DNA from: Clostridia bacterium | GTDB taxonomy: Bacteria; Bacillota; Clostridia; Oscillospirales; CAG-272 | Direction: 5' to 3' | Assembly (NCBI GenBank): GCA_017408585.1 | Contig: JAFQUJ010000010.1 | Span: 433 to 64,432 of the forward strand | DNA: 64,000 nt | In this document: in pieces, positions 19,954 to 30,050 of the stretch | How positions within the stretch are numbered: the first letter of the stretch is position 1 | Layout: each line of letters starts with the position of its first letter | Notes under the pieces: model-generated | Seen by the model: the letters and a program-made list of their open reading frames with translations, nothing else | Told to the model about the DNA's origin: nothing | Database searches by the model: none | Program-made: the position numbers and the translations under genes

Positions 19954-21615
19954 ATGATTAAGGAAACAATTGTAGATGGAGCGCACAACGCCCCTCACCG
20001 TTCACTCTATAAGGCATTAGGCCTTACAAGAGAGGAGCTAGACCGTCCTCTTATCGGTATTGTCAGCTCCTATAACGAAATTGTTCCGGGACATATGAAT
20101 CTTGATAAAATCACACAGGCTGTAAAGCTAGGCGTAGCAATGGCAGGTGGAACACCAATTATGTTCCCCGCAATTGCTGTGTGTGATGGTATCGCTATGG
20201 GTCATGTAGGAATGAAGTATTCACTTGTAACTCGTGACCTAATTGCAGACTCAACCGAGGCTATGGTAATGGCTCACGGCTTTGATGGTCTTGTTATGAT
20301 ACCAAACTGTGATAAAAATGTCCCCGGACTTCTAATGGCTGCCGCAAGACTTAACATTCCAACAGTGTTTGTTAGTGGCGGACCAATGCTCGCAGGAAGA
20401 GTAGATGGACACAAGACTAGCCTTTCAAGTATGTTTGAGGCAGTAGGCTCATATAAGGCAGGCACTCTTGACGAGTGTGGACTTTGTGAGTTTGAAAACA
20501 AGGCTTGCCCAACCTGTGGCTCTTGCTCAGGAATGTACACAGCCAATTCAATGAACTGTCTTACAGAGGTTCTCGGAATGGGACTTCGTGGAAATGGCAC
20601 TATCCCCGCTGTGTATTCGTCAAGAATAGAGCTTGCAAAGCACGCAGGAATGCAGGTAATGGAGCTTGTAAGAGCAGGAATTCGTCCAAGAGATATAATG
20701 ACTGCCGAGGCAATCAAAAACGCAATCACAGCCGATATGGCTCTCGGTTGCTCAACAAATAGCATGCTTCACTTGCCTGCGATCGCAAACGAGTGTGGCG
20801 TAGAGTTTAACCTTGACGATGTGAATACGATAAGCGAGCGTACACCTAACCTTTGCCATCTCGCTCCGGCAGGCCCAACCTATATGGAGGATCTAAACGA
20901 GGCAGGCGGAGTTTATGCAGTGCTTACAGAGCTTGATAAGCTCGGTCTTATTGACACAAGCGTTTTGACCTGCACAGGCAAAACAATGAAGGAAAATCTC
21001 GAGGGAGTTAGAAACCTCAACCCCGAGGTAATAAGACCAATCGATAACCCATTCACTAAAACAGGTGGAATCGCAGTTCTTAAGGGCAACCTCGCTCCTG
21101 ATGGATGCGTTGTAAAGAGAAGTGCTGTTGCTCCCGAAATGCTCGTTCACGAAGGCCCTGCAAAGGTTTACGAGAGCGAGGAGGAGGCAATTAGCGCAAT
21201 TTACGCAGGTAAGATAGTAAAGGGCGATGTTGTCGTTATTCGTTATGAAGGACCAAGTGGTGGCCCTGGTATGAGAGAAATGCTCTCTCCAACCTCTGCT
21301 ATTGCAGGAATGGGACTTGATAAGGATGTTGCTCTTATCACCGATGGACGCTTCTCAGGTGCAACTCGTGGCGCATCAATTGGCCATGTGTCCCCCGAGG
21401 CAGTAAGTGGAGGCACAATTGCCTATGTAATGGACGGAGATATAATTTCAATCAATATCCCCGAATATAAAATCGAGCTTAAGGTAAGCGATGAGGAGCT
21501 AAACAGAAGAAGAGAAACGATGCCCATCAAGCGTAAGGAAAATATCACAGGATATCTCAAGCGCTATGCTTCTATGGTATCCTCAGCCGACAAGGGCGCA
21601 ATTATCAATCGCTAA
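19954..21615 (+). CDS. ilvD: Dihydroxy-acid dehydratase
   Basis: 553 aa. Motifs [24 protein letters not shown] and TDGRFSG. Confidence 0.93.
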   Translation: MIKETIVDGAHNAPHRSLYKALGLTREELDRPLIGIVSSYNEIVPGHMNLDKITQAVKLGVAMAGGTPIMFPAIAVCDGIAMGHVGMKYSLVTRDLIADSTEAMVMAHGFDGLVMIPNCDKNVPGLLMAAARLNIPTVFVSGGPMLAGRVDGHKTSLSSMFEAVGSYKAGTLDECGLCEFENKACPTCGSCSGMYTANSMNCLTEVLGMGLRGNGTIPAVYSSRIELAKHAGMQVMELVRAGIRPRDIMTAEAIKNAITADMALGCSTNSMLHLPAIANECGVEFNLDDVNTISERTPNLCHLAPAGPTYMEDLNEAGGVYAVLTELDKLGLIDTSVLTCTGKTMKENLEGVRNLNPEVIRPIDNPFTKTGGIAVLKGNLAPDGCVVKRSAVAPEMLVHEGPAKVYESEEEAISAIYAGKIVKGDVVVIRYEGPSGGPGMREMLSPTSAIAGMGLDKDVALITDGRFSGATRGASIGHVSPEAVSGGTIAYVMDGDIISINIPEYKIELKVSDEELNRRRETMPIKRKENITGYLKRYASMVSSADKGAIINR

Positions 21616-21625
21616 TAACGGCGAA

Positions 21626-21698
21626 CTTCGTTGTTGCTCCTCAATGGCGACCTTGACTATCACAAAGATAGCCTGCGCCCGCCATTTGCGGTGCGCCT
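21626..21698. repeat. Intergenic repeat, copy A (ends in a GC-rich hairpin)
   Basis: CTTCGTT..GTTGCTCCTCAATGGCGACC....GCCTGCGCCCGCCATTTGCGGTGCGCCT. Aligns with copy B, which lies 126 nt downstream. Confidence 0.7.
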
Positions 21699-21751
21699 AG
21701 AATTTCTTGTTCTAATCGATTGATATAATATCGGTCGCTAAAAGCTTTATG

Positions 21752-21830
21752 CTTCGTTATACATCGTTGCTCCTGCATTGCGACCAACCGTACGCCAAGT
21801 ACGCCTTCGCCCGCTATTTGCGGTGCGCCT
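21752..21830. repeat. Intergenic repeat, copy B
   Basis: CTTCGTTATACATCGTTGCTCCTGCATTGCGACC....GCCTTCGCCCGCTATTTGCGGTGCGCCT. Shares both end blocks with copy A. Confidence 0.7.
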
Positions 21831-21884
21831 TGTCTGACTTGCCCTAAACGGTTAATAACTATCAAATATAGTAAAAACAAAACC

Positions 21885-21907
21885 GCCCACCACTTTTGGT
21901 GGTGGGC
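21885..21907 (-). other. GC-rich hairpin with a T-run only on the minus strand (reverse-oriented terminator-like element)
   Basis: GCCCACCAC / GTGGTGGGC 9-bp stem. On the minus strand it is followed by GGTTTTGTTTTTAC. There is no T-run on the plus strand. Confidence 0.45.
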
Positions 21908-21945
21908 ATACCAAAGCGCATTAAAGCTTAGTGCGCTTTGGTATG
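21907..21945. promoter_or_regulatory. Perfect 14-bp inverted repeat just upstream of the leuC RBS
   Basis: CATACCAAAGCGCA (21907-21920) / TGCGCTTTGGTATG (21932-21945), separated by an 11-nt loop TTAAAGCTTAG. No T-run follows. Function unknown. Confidence 0.5.
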
Positions 21946-21971
21946 AATTAAGATTGAAAGGAAATAAAATT

Positions 21972-23231
21972 ATGCCAATGACAATGACACAAAAAATTCT
22001 TGCTTCACACGCAGGGCTTGATAGCGTAGAGGCAGGACAGCTTATTTTGGTTAGCCTTGACAGAGTTTTAGGAAATGATATCACATCTCCTGTCGCTATC
22101 AAGGAATTTAACAAAATTGGCGTTGAAAATGTATATGATACCGAAAAGGTAACAATGGTTATGGACCATTTTGCTCCTAACAAGGACATAAAGGCTGCTG
22201 TGCAGTGCAAAATGTGTCGTGACTTCTGCGAGGAGAAGAGAGTAACTCATTTCTACGATGTAGGAAGAATGGGCATTGAGCACGCGCTTCTTCCCGAAAA
22301 GGGACTTGTTGTATCAGGCGATGTTGTAATCGGCGCTGATTCTCATACCTGTACATATGGCGCACTAGGCGCTTTCTCAACAGGCGTTGGCTCAACCGAT
22401 ATGGCTTGTGGAATGGCAACAGGTAAGGCTTGGTTCAAGGTTCCATCAGCTATTAAATTCGTTCTTACAGGCAAGCTCGGTAAATATGTTTCCGGTAAGG
22501 ATGTAATCCTTCACATTATCGGTAAAATAGGCGTTGATGGCGCTCTTTATAAGTCAATGGAATTCGTAGGAGAGGGCTGTTCTGAGCTTACAATCTATGA
22601 CCGTCTTACAATTTGCAACATGGCAATTGAGGCTGGTGCGAAGAATGGTATCTTCGAGGTTGACGAGCAAACGATTGAGTACATAAAGCAAAGAAGCGAC
22701 AGAGAAATCGTTTCCTATAAGGCAGACCCTGACGCTATCTATGACGAGGTTTACGAAATCGACCTTTCCACCATTAAATCAACAGTTGCATTCCCACACC
22801 TACCGGAAAATACAAGAACAATCGACGAGGTCGGCGACATAAAAATCGACCAAGTGGTTATCGGCTCTTGCACAAACGGTCAATATAAGGACATTGAAGA
22901 GGCTGCTATGATTCTCAAGGGAAGAAAGGTAGCAAAGCATGTTCGTGCAATCATCATTCCTGCAACACAGGATATATATCTAAGAGCAGTTGAAAATGGT
23001 CTTGTTAAAATCTTTATCGAGGCAGGCTGTGTAGTTTCAACTCCAACCTGTGGACCATGCCTTGGTGGATATATGGGTATTCTTGCCGCAGGCGAAAGAG
23101 CAGTAGCTACAACCAATCGTAACTTTGTTGGAAGAATGGGCGATGTTACAAGTGAGGTTTACCTTGCATCACCTGCAGTTGCCGCAGCAAGCGCAATCGC
23201 AGGAAAAATCGCAGACCCAAACAATATATAA
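21972..23231 (+). CDS. leuC: 3-isopropylmalate dehydratase, large subunit
   Basis: 419 aa from ATG 21972 ([15 protein letters not shown]). Aconitase-family Cys ligand motifs GSCTNG and CGPCLG. Confidence 0.9.
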   Translation: MPMTMTQKILASHAGLDSVEAGQLILVSLDRVLGNDITSPVAIKEFNKIGVENVYDTEKVTMVMDHFAPNKDIKAAVQCKMCRDFCEEKRVTHFYDVGRMGIEHALLPEKGLVVSGDVVIGADSHTCTYGALGAFSTGVGSTDMACGMATGKAWFKVPSAIKFVLTGKLGKYVSGKDVILHIIGKIGVDGALYKSMEFVGEGCSELTIYDRLTICNMAIEAGAKNGIFEVDEQTIEYIKQRSDREIVSYKADPDAIYDEVYEIDLSTIKSTVAFPHLPENTRTIDEVGDIKIDQVVIGSCTNGQYKDIEEAAMILKGRKVAKHVRAIIIPATQDIYLRAVENGLVKIFIEAGCVVSTPTCGPCLGGYMGILAAGERAVATTNRNFVGRMGDVTSEVYLASPAVAAASAIAGKIADPNNI

Positions 23232-23244
23232 GGAGGAGCAGGCA

Positions 23245-23739
23245 ATGAAATTTTCAGGAAAAGTAATTAAATATGGCGATAATGTTGACACCGATGTTAT
23301 AATTCCGGCAAGATATCTAAACACAAGCGACCATAGCGAGCTTGCATCTCACTGTATGGAGGATATCGACAAGGATTTCACCAAAAAGGTTGAAAAGGGC
23401 GATATTATGGTTGCAGGCTTCAACTTTGGCTGTGGATCATCAAGAGAGCACGCACCAATCGCAATCAAGGCAAGTGGAATTTCCCTTGTAATCGCAAAAA
23501 CCTTTGCAAGAATTTTTTATCGTAACGCAATCAATATCGGTCTTGCAATCGTTGAATGCCCTGAGGCAGCTGAGGCAATCGAGGACGGACATAAGGTAGA
23601 GGCAGACCTTGATAATGGAATAATCTATGACCTAACATCAGGCAAGGAATTCAAAACACAGCCCTTCCCCGAATTTATTCAAAAGATAATTACAAACGGC
23701 GGACTCATTGAGTCGATTCGTCGTGGCGATATTAAGTGA
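23245..23739 (+). CDS. leuD: 3-isopropylmalate dehydratase, small subunit
   Basis: 164 aa from ATG 23245 (RBS AAGGAGGAG). Motifs [25 protein letters not shown] and [10 protein letters not shown]. Confidence 0.9.
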   Translation: MKFSGKVIKYGDNVDTDVIIPARYLNTSDHSELASHCMEDIDKDFTKKVEKGDIMVAGFNFGCGSSREHAPIAIKASGISLVIAKTFARIFYRNAINIGLAIVECPEAAEAIEDGHKVEADLDNGIIYDLTSGKEFKTQPFPEFIQKIITNGGLIESIRRGDIK

Positions 23740-23749
23740 GGATACAAAA

Positions 23750-24817
23750 ATGAACTTGAATATAGCACTTTTAAAGGGTGATGGAATAGGACCGGAGATC
23801 GTCGATAGCGCGGTGCGCGTGCTAGAGGTGGTTGGAGAAAAATTTGGACATACCTTTACCTTCACTCCATACGATATAGGTGGCTGTGCAATAGATAAGC
23901 ACGGTAAGCCACTACCCGAGGAAACAGTAGAGGGCTGTCTTAAGGCAGATAGCGTTCTTCTCGGCGCAGTTGGTGGACCAAAATGGGACACTCTACCGGG
24001 CAATATGCGTCCCGAAAAGGCACTTCTCGGTATTCGCTCCGCTATGAATTTGTTTACAAATCTTCGTCCCGCAAAGCTTTATCCTGCGCTCAAGGGTGAA
24101 TGCCCACTTCGTGCAGATATCGTTGAAAATGGCTTCGATATCATGATCGTTCGTGAGCTTACAGGAGGCATATACTTTGGTGAGCGTGGAATGAGAGAGG
24201 GAAAATATGGTGAGGAAGCATACGATACCGAATGCTATTCTCGCATGGAAATTGAAAGAATTGCAAGAGTTGCCTTTGAAAGCGCAAGAAAGAGAAGAGG
24301 CAAGCTTATCAGCATTGATAAGGCAAATGTTCTCGAAAGCTCTCGCCTTTGGAGAAAAATCGTTCACGAAATCGCAAGCGAATATCCCGATGTTGAATGC
24401 ACCGATATGCTCGTCGATAACGCCGCTATGCAGCTGGTTCGTAATCCCGCACAATTCGATGTTATCGTAACATCAAATATGTTTGGAGATATCCTATCTG
24501 ATGAGGCATCACAAATCACAGGCTCAATAGGAATGCTCCCATCTGCATCTCTTAACGAAACAACAAGAGGCCTTTACGAGCCGATTCATGGCTCAGCTCC
24601 TGATATTGCAGGACAAAACAAGGCAAACCCAATCGCAACAATCCTTTCAGGCGCTATGATGCTTCTTTACTCATTTGGTCTATCAGCTGAAAGCGATGCT
24701 ATCGTAAACGCAGTTGATAAGGTGCTCGAGGCTGGCTATCGCACAGCAGATCTCGCTCACGGCGCAGAGGCTCTCGGCACTAAGGAAATCACAGATAAGA
24801 TAATAGAGTTTATTTAA
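23750..24817 (+). CDS. leuB: 3-isopropylmalate dehydrogenase
   Basis: 355 aa from ATG 23750. Motifs [34 protein letters not shown] and [12 protein letters not shown]. Confidence 0.92.
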   Translation: MNLNIALLKGDGIGPEIVDSAVRVLEVVGEKFGHTFTFTPYDIGGCAIDKHGKPLPEETVEGCLKADSVLLGAVGGPKWDTLPGNMRPEKALLGIRSAMNLFTNLRPAKLYPALKGECPLRADIVENGFDIMIVRELTGGIYFGERGMREGKYGEEAYDTECYSRMEIERIARVAFESARKRRGKLISIDKANVLESSRLWRKIVHEIASEYPDVECTDMLVDNAAMQLVRNPAQFDVIVTSNMFGDILSDEASQITGSIGMLPSASLNETTRGLYEPIHGSAPDIAGQNKANPIATILSGAMMLLYSFGLSAESDAIVNAVDKVLEAGYRTADLAHGAEALGTKEITDKIIEFI

Positions 24818-24818
24818 T

Positions 24819-25991
24819 ATGTCAAAAATACAAGAAATTTACCTTCGTCTTTGTATGACCAGCGTGTTTAGCAAGGTTCTTGAAAAGCCACTTCTTGTGC
24901 ATTTTTCAAGCTATTGCAACGCACAAAAAAAGGACGAAAAAATTAAGGCATATGCCTCTTTTGTAAATGAAATCTATACACAGGGTGGCTCGCTTACCGA
25001 TTTGGTATGCCGTCTTGTTTTAGAGGACGAAAATGTTTACATAAAGGCGATGGCTGGTCATGTGGAAATTAATGACCATGTAAAAGAGGCAACAATGGTG
25101 GAGCTAAAGGCATTCGAGGAGCTCTCACAGCTAACACCCGAGGACTTTATGCAGGATATGGAAATACCATACGCATCTCCCTATGCAACCTCGCCACTGG
25201 ATTTTGCAACAGCGTATGAAAACAGAGTAGCAAATCTCGATAGATTCGGCTATGGAATTTTCTCCTCATACTGTATGTTCCGTCTGTCTGACGATAAGGT
25301 TATAGAGCCAATTGTCAGCGCCGATAGAACATCAATATCTAAATTTGTCGGCTACGAAAGCGAAAGACAAAGCGTAATTGATAATACAATCGCATTCATC
25401 GAGGGACGCCCGGGCGCAAACATATTACTATGTGGAGATGCCGGCACAGGTAAATCATCAACCGTCAAGGCTGTGGCAAACCACTTCTTTGATCGTGGTA
25501 TTCGCCTAATTGAGCTTCGTAAGGATCAGCTCTGCCACCTTCCGTATGTAATGGGCAAGATAAGCGAAAATCCGCTTAAATTTATAATCTTCATTGACGA
25601 TTTGTCCTTTAACAAAAATGACGATAACTTCAGCATGCTAAAGGCAGCTCTTGAGGGTAGCGCAAGCGCTAAGGCAGATAATGCAGTCATCTACGCAACC
25701 TCGAATCGCAGACACATCATCAAGGAAACCTTTGGTGACCGTGTTGGTGACGATGTTCATAGAAACGACACCTTACAAGAAAATCTCTCCCTCTCGGAGC
25801 GCTTTGGACTTATCGTCCTGTTCCAAAAGCCATCAAAGGCTCTGTATCTTGAAATTGTGCACGAGCTTGCAAAAAGAAACGGCATAGAAATGGAAATCTC
25901 CGAGCTTGATGTAAAGGCAGAGGCGTTTGCCCTTCGTCGAGGAAATCGTAGCGCAAGATGCGCTGAGCAATTTATAGAAAGCCTAATGTAA
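24819..25991 (+). CDS. DUF815-type P-loop ATPase (AAA-like), function unknown
   Basis: 390 aa. Walker A is LLCGDAGTGKSS and Walker B-like is FIIFIDDLSF. Starts 1 nt after the leuB stop, with no separate RBS. The exact start is uncertain. Confidence 0.6.
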   Translation: MSKIQEIYLRLCMTSVFSKVLEKPLLVHFSSYCNAQKKDEKIKAYASFVNEIYTQGGSLTDLVCRLVLEDENVYIKAMAGHVEINDHVKEATMVELKAFEELSQLTPEDFMQDMEIPYASPYATSPLDFATAYENRVANLDRFGYGIFSSYCMFRLSDDKVIEPIVSADRTSISKFVGYESERQSVIDNTIAFIEGRPGANILLCGDAGTGKSSTVKAVANHFFDRGIRLIELRKDQLCHLPYVMGKISENPLKFIIFIDDLSFNKNDDNFSMLKAALEGSASAKADNAVIYATSNRRHIIKETFGDRVGDDVHRNDTLQENLSLSERFGLIVLFQKPSKALYLEIVHELAKRNGIEMEISELDVKAEAFALRRGNRSARCAEQFIESLM

Positions 25992-26009
25992 ATCGAAAGG
26001 ATTAATAAA

Positions 26010-27203
26010 ATGCTAACACTTGATAATGTTTACCGTGCAAGCCATGTGCTAAAGCCGGTTGTTCGTAAAACAGATATAATCTACGCTCCAAAGCTCAAAA
26101 AGGGCATAGAGCTCTACCTAAAAACAGAGAACCTTCAAATAACAGGCTCGTTCAAGGTAAGAGGCTCATACTACAAAATGTCAAAATTAAGCGATGAGGA
26201 AAGGGCAAGAGGAGTTATTGCTTGCTCTGCGGGAAATCACGCACAGGGTGTCGCTCTTTCAGCTCAAAAGAACGGAATTAAGGCCGTAATTTGCTTGCCT
26301 GACGGAGCACCAATCTCAAAAATCGAGGCAACCAAGAGCTATGGCGCTGAGGTTTGTCTTGTTGAGGGCGTATATGATGACGCTTATAAGAAGGCTCTCT
26401 CCCTTCGCGACGAAATGGGCTATACCTTCATTCACCCATTCGATGACGAGGATGTGATCGCAGGACAAGGCACAATCGCCCTTGAAATTGTTGATCAGCT
26501 ACCCGACCTTGATGCTATAATCGTTCCAATCGGTGGTGGTGGACTTATCTCCGGTATTGCATATACTATCAAATCCATCAATCCAAATGTTAAGGTATAT
26601 GGCGTACAGGCGTCAGGCGCTCCATCAATGCTAAGATCCGTTGAGGATCATCAAATCGAGGAGCTTGAAAGCGTTTCAACCATCGCAGATGGTATCGCAG
26701 TAAAGAAGCCCGGTAGCCTTACATACGAAATTTGCTCAAAATATGTTGATAAGATAGTAACCGTAACCGACGACGAAATCTCCGCCGCAATTCTAGCACT
26801 CATGGAACAGCATAAGCTCGTAACCGAGGGCGCGGGAGCAGTCGCAGTTGCAGCGGCTATGTTTGGCAAGCTAGACCTAGAGGGCAAAAAGACCGTTTGC
26901 TTGCTTTCCGGTGGTAATATTGATGTTACCATTCTTTCAAGAGTAATCAAGCGTGGCCTTTTGATGTCGGGCAGAACCTGTCAGCTAATGATAGAACTCG
27001 TAGATAAGCCCGGTCAGCTCAAAAATGTATCAAGAATTATCGCCGATCTTGGTGGTAATGTAATCTCCGTTCACCATGAAAGAGCAAATGAGGGCTCTAA
27101 TGTAAACGGATGCTACCTACGCATAGTTCTTGAAACAAGAAACTTTGAGCATATTCAAGAGATCGAAAAGGCGCTTTGCGACTTCGGATTTAAGCTACTT
27201 TAA
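26010..27203 (+). CDS. ilvA: Threonine ammonia-lyase (threonine dehydratase), short form with one ACT-like domain
   Basis: 397 aa. PLP-lysine motif GSFKVRGS, then SAGNHAQGVA and GGGGLISG. Confidence 0.88.
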   Translation: MLTLDNVYRASHVLKPVVRKTDIIYAPKLKKGIELYLKTENLQITGSFKVRGSYYKMSKLSDEERARGVIACSAGNHAQGVALSAQKNGIKAVICLPDGAPISKIEATKSYGAEVCLVEGVYDDAYKKALSLRDEMGYTFIHPFDDEDVIAGQGTIALEIVDQLPDLDAIIVPIGGGGLISGIAYTIKSINPNVKVYGVQASGAPSMLRSVEDHQIEELESVSTIADGIAVKKPGSLTYEICSKYVDKIVTVTDDEISAAILALMEQHKLVTEGAGAVAVAAAMFGKLDLEGKKTVCLLSGGNIDVTILSRVIKRGLLMSGRTCQLMIELVDKPGQLKNVSRIIADLGGNVISVHHERANEGSNVNGCYLRIVLETRNFEHIQEIEKALCDFGFKLL

Positions 27204-27214
27204 GGAGAATAAAA

Positions 27215-27589
27215 ATGGCAAATAAAATTTCAACAAATAAAGCACCATCAGCAATAGGTCCATATTCACAGGCAGTGGTGCACGCAGGACTCGTATATAC
27301 ATCAGGACAAATCGCAATCAATCCTGAGACAGGTAATATCGAGGCAAGCGATATCGTAGGACAAACAGAGCAGGTTATGAAAAACCTTGGCGCAGTTCTT
27401 GAGGCTGCAGGCTCTAGCTTTGATAAGGCAATAAAAACAACCTGTTTTCTTGCTAACATTGCCGATTTTGGCGCATTTAACGAGATATATGGAAAATATT
27501 TCACCTCGAAGCCGGCACGCTCATGCGTTGCTGTAAAGGATCTTCCAAAGGGAGCTCTTGTTGAGGTTGAGGTAATCGCAGAGGTATAA
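27215..27589 (+). CDS. ridA: RidA/YjgF-family reactive enamine/imine deaminase
   Basis: 124 aa. Motifs APSAIGPYSQAV, SGQI and ARSCVAVKDLPKGALVEVEVIA are typical of RidA. Confidence 0.9.
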   Translation: MANKISTNKAPSAIGPYSQAVVHAGLVYTSGQIAINPETGNIEASDIVGQTEQVMKNLGAVLEAAGSSFDKAIKTTCFLANIADFGAFNEIYGKYFTSKPARSCVAVKDLPKGALVEVEVIAEV

Positions 27590-27593
27590 TTAC

Positions 27594-27620
27594 AAAATCC
27601 GCTTTTTACAAGCGGATTTT
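27594..27620 (+). terminator. Rho-independent terminator ending the ilv-leu unit
   Basis: AAAATCCGC / GCGGATTTT stem with a TTTTTACAA loop. Confidence 0.65.
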
Positions 27621-27636
27621 GCCCGTTTTTAGAAAG

Positions 27637-27927
27637 ATGAATAACGATAAAAATAATAAACGAAAATTAAAGGAAACGCTCCTAGATATCCTTTTAGAGA
27701 TAGGAATAGGACTTATATTGTTTGGCATAGGAATTGGCGTCTTGTCCCTTTTTGGACAAAGTCCCGACGAGGTTGATTTTGATATTGCTATGCTCGTAGG
27801 AGTAGGCGTTGTATTGGTTATCGTAATCGCCTTTTGTGTTGTCATTCACATAATAAAGAGCAAAAAACGCTCTAAAAACGACATGGCTGAGCAAGAAATT
27901 CCACCCGAGGATAAAGAACCTAAATAA
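27637..27927 (+). CDS. Small two-pass membrane protein, unknown function
   Basis: 96 aa from ATG 27637. Basic N-terminus, two hydrophobic helices (ILLEIGIGLILFGIGIGVLSLF and MLVGVGVVLVIVIAFCVVIHII) and an acidic tail. Confidence 0.5.
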   Translation: MNNDKNNKRKLKETLLDILLEIGIGLILFGIGIGVLSLFGQSPDEVDFDIAMLVGVGVVLVIVIAFCVVIHIIKSKKRSKNDMAEQEIPPEDKEPK

Positions 27928-27954
27928 ATATATAAATAAAATTCATAAAACCCC

Positions 27955-27983
27955 TTGACATTGTATAATGTTAGTAGTATAAT
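27955..27983 (+). promoter_or_regulatory. Consensus sigma-A promoter of the his operon
   Basis: TTGACA (27955-27960), a 17-nt spacer, then TATAAT (27978-27983). Confidence 0.6.
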
Positions 27984-27992
27984 TTAGCTAAT

Positions 27993-28016
27993 TAAAGTGC
28001 TAAAGTGATAAAGTGA
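27993..28016 (+). repeat. Three tandem octamers TAAAGTGN in the his leader
   Basis: TAAAGTGC TAAAGTGA TAAAGTGA, with starts at 27993, 28001 and 28009. The last copy overlaps the RBS GTGAGGA of the first his-operon gene. Confidence 0.8.
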
Positions 28017-28024
28017 GGATTAAA

Positions 28025-28321
28025 ATGAAGAAATTACATACCGAAGAGGTTGACACACTTTTTGAAGCGATACTTTCTCTTGAAAGCGTTGAGGAATGCT
28101 ATAAATTCTTTGAGGATGTGTGCACAATCCGCGAAATTCTCGATATTGCCCAAAGATTAAAGGCTGCCAAAATGCTTAAGGCAGGAGAAAATTACGCTGT
28201 AATAAGCAGAGAAACGGGAATGAGCACTGCGACCATATCAAGAGTTAGCAAATGTCTTGAATATGGAGACGGTGGCTACGAGCTCGCACTTGAGCGTCTT
28301 GCGCAAAAGGGGATAAAATAA
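28025..28321 (+). CDS. YerC/YecD-type TrpR-like DNA-binding protein (candidate his regulator)
   Basis: 98 aa from ATG 28025. Motifs EECYKFFEDVCTIREILDIAQRLKAAKML and ETGMSTATISRVSKCLEYG are typical of the YerC/YecD family. Its stop overlaps the hisZ ATG by 1 nt. Confidence 0.8.
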   Translation: MKKLHTEEVDTLFEAILSLESVEECYKFFEDVCTIREILDIAQRLKAAKMLKAGENYAVISRETGMSTATISRVSKCLEYGDGGYELALERLAQKGIK

Positions 28322-29424
28322 TGATTGACGAAAAGATTTTCAAAAATGAGGAAAGGGCAATTTTCGCTCTTCGATCACTATATAGACAATACGGATACCT
28401 TCCGTTTAAAATGAGCAAATTTGAGGAATATGACCTATATGTTCAAAACAAGGACTTTCTTGTAAGCGATAGAGTCATAACCTTTAACGATACAAGTGGA
28501 CGCCTTTTGGCGCTAAAGCCCGATGTAACCCTCTCAATTATAAAAAACACCACCGACGAGACAGGCTGTAAGCAAAAGGTTTGCTATAACGAAAATGTTT
28601 ACCGTGTTTCAGGTAGCACTCATCAATTCAAGGAAATAATGCAAACAGGACTTGAATGTATTGGTGATATTGATATTCTTGATATTTTCGAGGTTGTAGC
28701 TCTTGGCGCACAAAGCCTTTCACTCATTAGTGACACATTCGCTCTTGACCTCTCACACATGGGAATTGTTTCAGCAATCTTGGATGAGGCATCATCTGAT
28801 GAGCTGTTCAAAAAAGAAGCAATCGCCCTTATCGCAAATAAAAACATCCACGAGCTAAGGGCACTTTGTCAAGGCTATCAAATAAGCGAGGAGAGCACTA
28901 GTGCAATAATCACCCTAGTTACAACCTATGGCGAAACGACACAGGTATTAAATGCTCTTTGTGGTATTTGTAAAAGCGAAAGGGCAAGGGAGGCTTACGC
29001 CCAGCTAAGCGCACTTTGCACATATCTTGAAGCGACAAGCTATAAAAATCAAATCAAGCTCGATTTTTCAGTTGTAAACGATATGAATTACTATAACGGA
29101 ATTGTTTTCAAGGGCTTCTTGAATGGTATTCCCGAAAGCGTTCTCTCCGGAGGAGAATATGGAATGCTTTTACAAAAAATGGGAAGAAAAAGCAACGCAA
29201 TCGGCTTCGCTATCTATCTTGATCTCCTAGAAGGGCTTGAGGGCGAGAGATGCGATTATGATGTTGATACGCTCATACTATATGATGACGCAACACAGGA
29301 CATAGCACTCACTAAAAAAAGAGAGCTAATTGAGCAAAAAAGAAGCGTCAGCGCTCAAAGGTCAATTCCAAGCAAGCTAAGATATAGAGAGTTGCTTGAT
29401 TTAAGAGAGGGGGAGAGCAAATGA
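28321..29424 (+). CDS. hisZ: ATP phosphoribosyltransferase regulatory subunit (HisRS paralogue)
   Basis: 367 aa with a class-II aaRS-like core, lying immediately upstream of a short-form hisG. Confidence 0.85.
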   Translation: MIDEKIFKNEERAIFALRSLYRQYGYLPFKMSKFEEYDLYVQNKDFLVSDRVITFNDTSGRLLALKPDVTLSIIKNTTDETGCKQKVCYNENVYRVSGSTHQFKEIMQTGLECIGDIDILDIFEVVALGAQSLSLISDTFALDLSHMGIVSAILDEASSDELFKKEAIALIANKNIHELRALCQGYQISEESTSAIITLVTTYGETTQVLNALCGICKSERAREAYAQLSALCTYLEATSYKNQIKLDFSVVNDMNYYNGIVFKGFLNGIPESVLSGGEYGMLLQKMGRKSNAIGFAIYLDLLEGLEGERCDYDVDTLILYDDATQDIALTKKRELIEQKRSVSAQRSIPSKLRYRELLDLREGESK

Positions 29425-30050
29425 TCAATGTAGCACTTCCAAAGGGACGCCTAGGCGAAAAGGTCTATGCAATGTTCGAAAGGGCAGGATATGAGTGCCC
29501 CTCTATTAAGGAAAATAACAGAAAGCTTATATTTGAAAACGCCGATAAGGGAATTCGCTATTTCTGGGTAAAGCCCTCTGATGTTTCAATCTATGTAGAA
29601 CGAGGCGCAGCCGATATAGGAGTGTGTGGCAAGGATATTTTGCTTGAATATTCTCCCGATGTTTATGAGCTCCTAGACCTAAACCTAGGTAAATGCAGAA
29701 TGGCAGTCGCAGCAAAGCGTGATTTCTATGACGATAATCAAAAAACGCTCAAGGTCGCAACAAAATTCGTTAATATCGCAAGAGGCTTCTACGCTTCAAA
29801 ATGTCGCGATATTGATATAATTAAGCTAAATGGCTCTATCGAGATTGCGCCAATCTTGGGCCTTTCCGATGTCATTGTCGATATCGTCGAAACAGGCACA
29901 ACCTTAAAGGAAAATAACCTAGAGGTCGTAGAAACAATAGTGCCAATCAGCGCTCGTCTTGTCGCAAACAAGGCAAGCTTTAAATTCAAAACCGAGGAAA
30001 TCGAAAAAATCGTTGAAAGCATAAGAGAACAGGTAGAAAATAATGATTAA
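29421..30050 (+). CDS. hisG: ATP phosphoribosyltransferase, short form
   Basis: 209 aa. Motifs LPKGRL, DVSIYVERGAADIGVCGKD and DIVETGTTLKEN. Confidence 0.9.
   Translation: MINVALPKGRLGEKVYAMFERAGYECPSIKENNRKLIFENADKGIRYFWVKPSDVSIYVERGAADIGVCGKDILLEYSPDVYELLDLNLGKCRMAVAAKRDFYDDNQKTLKVATKFVNIARGFYASKCRDIDIIKLNGSIEIAPILGLSDVIVDIVETGTTLKENNLEVVETIVPISARLVANKASFKFKTEEIEKIVESIREQVENND

Noticed and set aside
21641-22210. A 189-aa minus-strand ORF spanning the ilvD-leuC gap, and short plus-strand ORFs in the repeats (MATLTITKIACARHLRCA and [32 protein letters not shown]).
   Set aside because: None has an RBS. The long ORF runs antisense into leuC. The shared ARxLRCA peptide simply reflects the nucleotide repeat.
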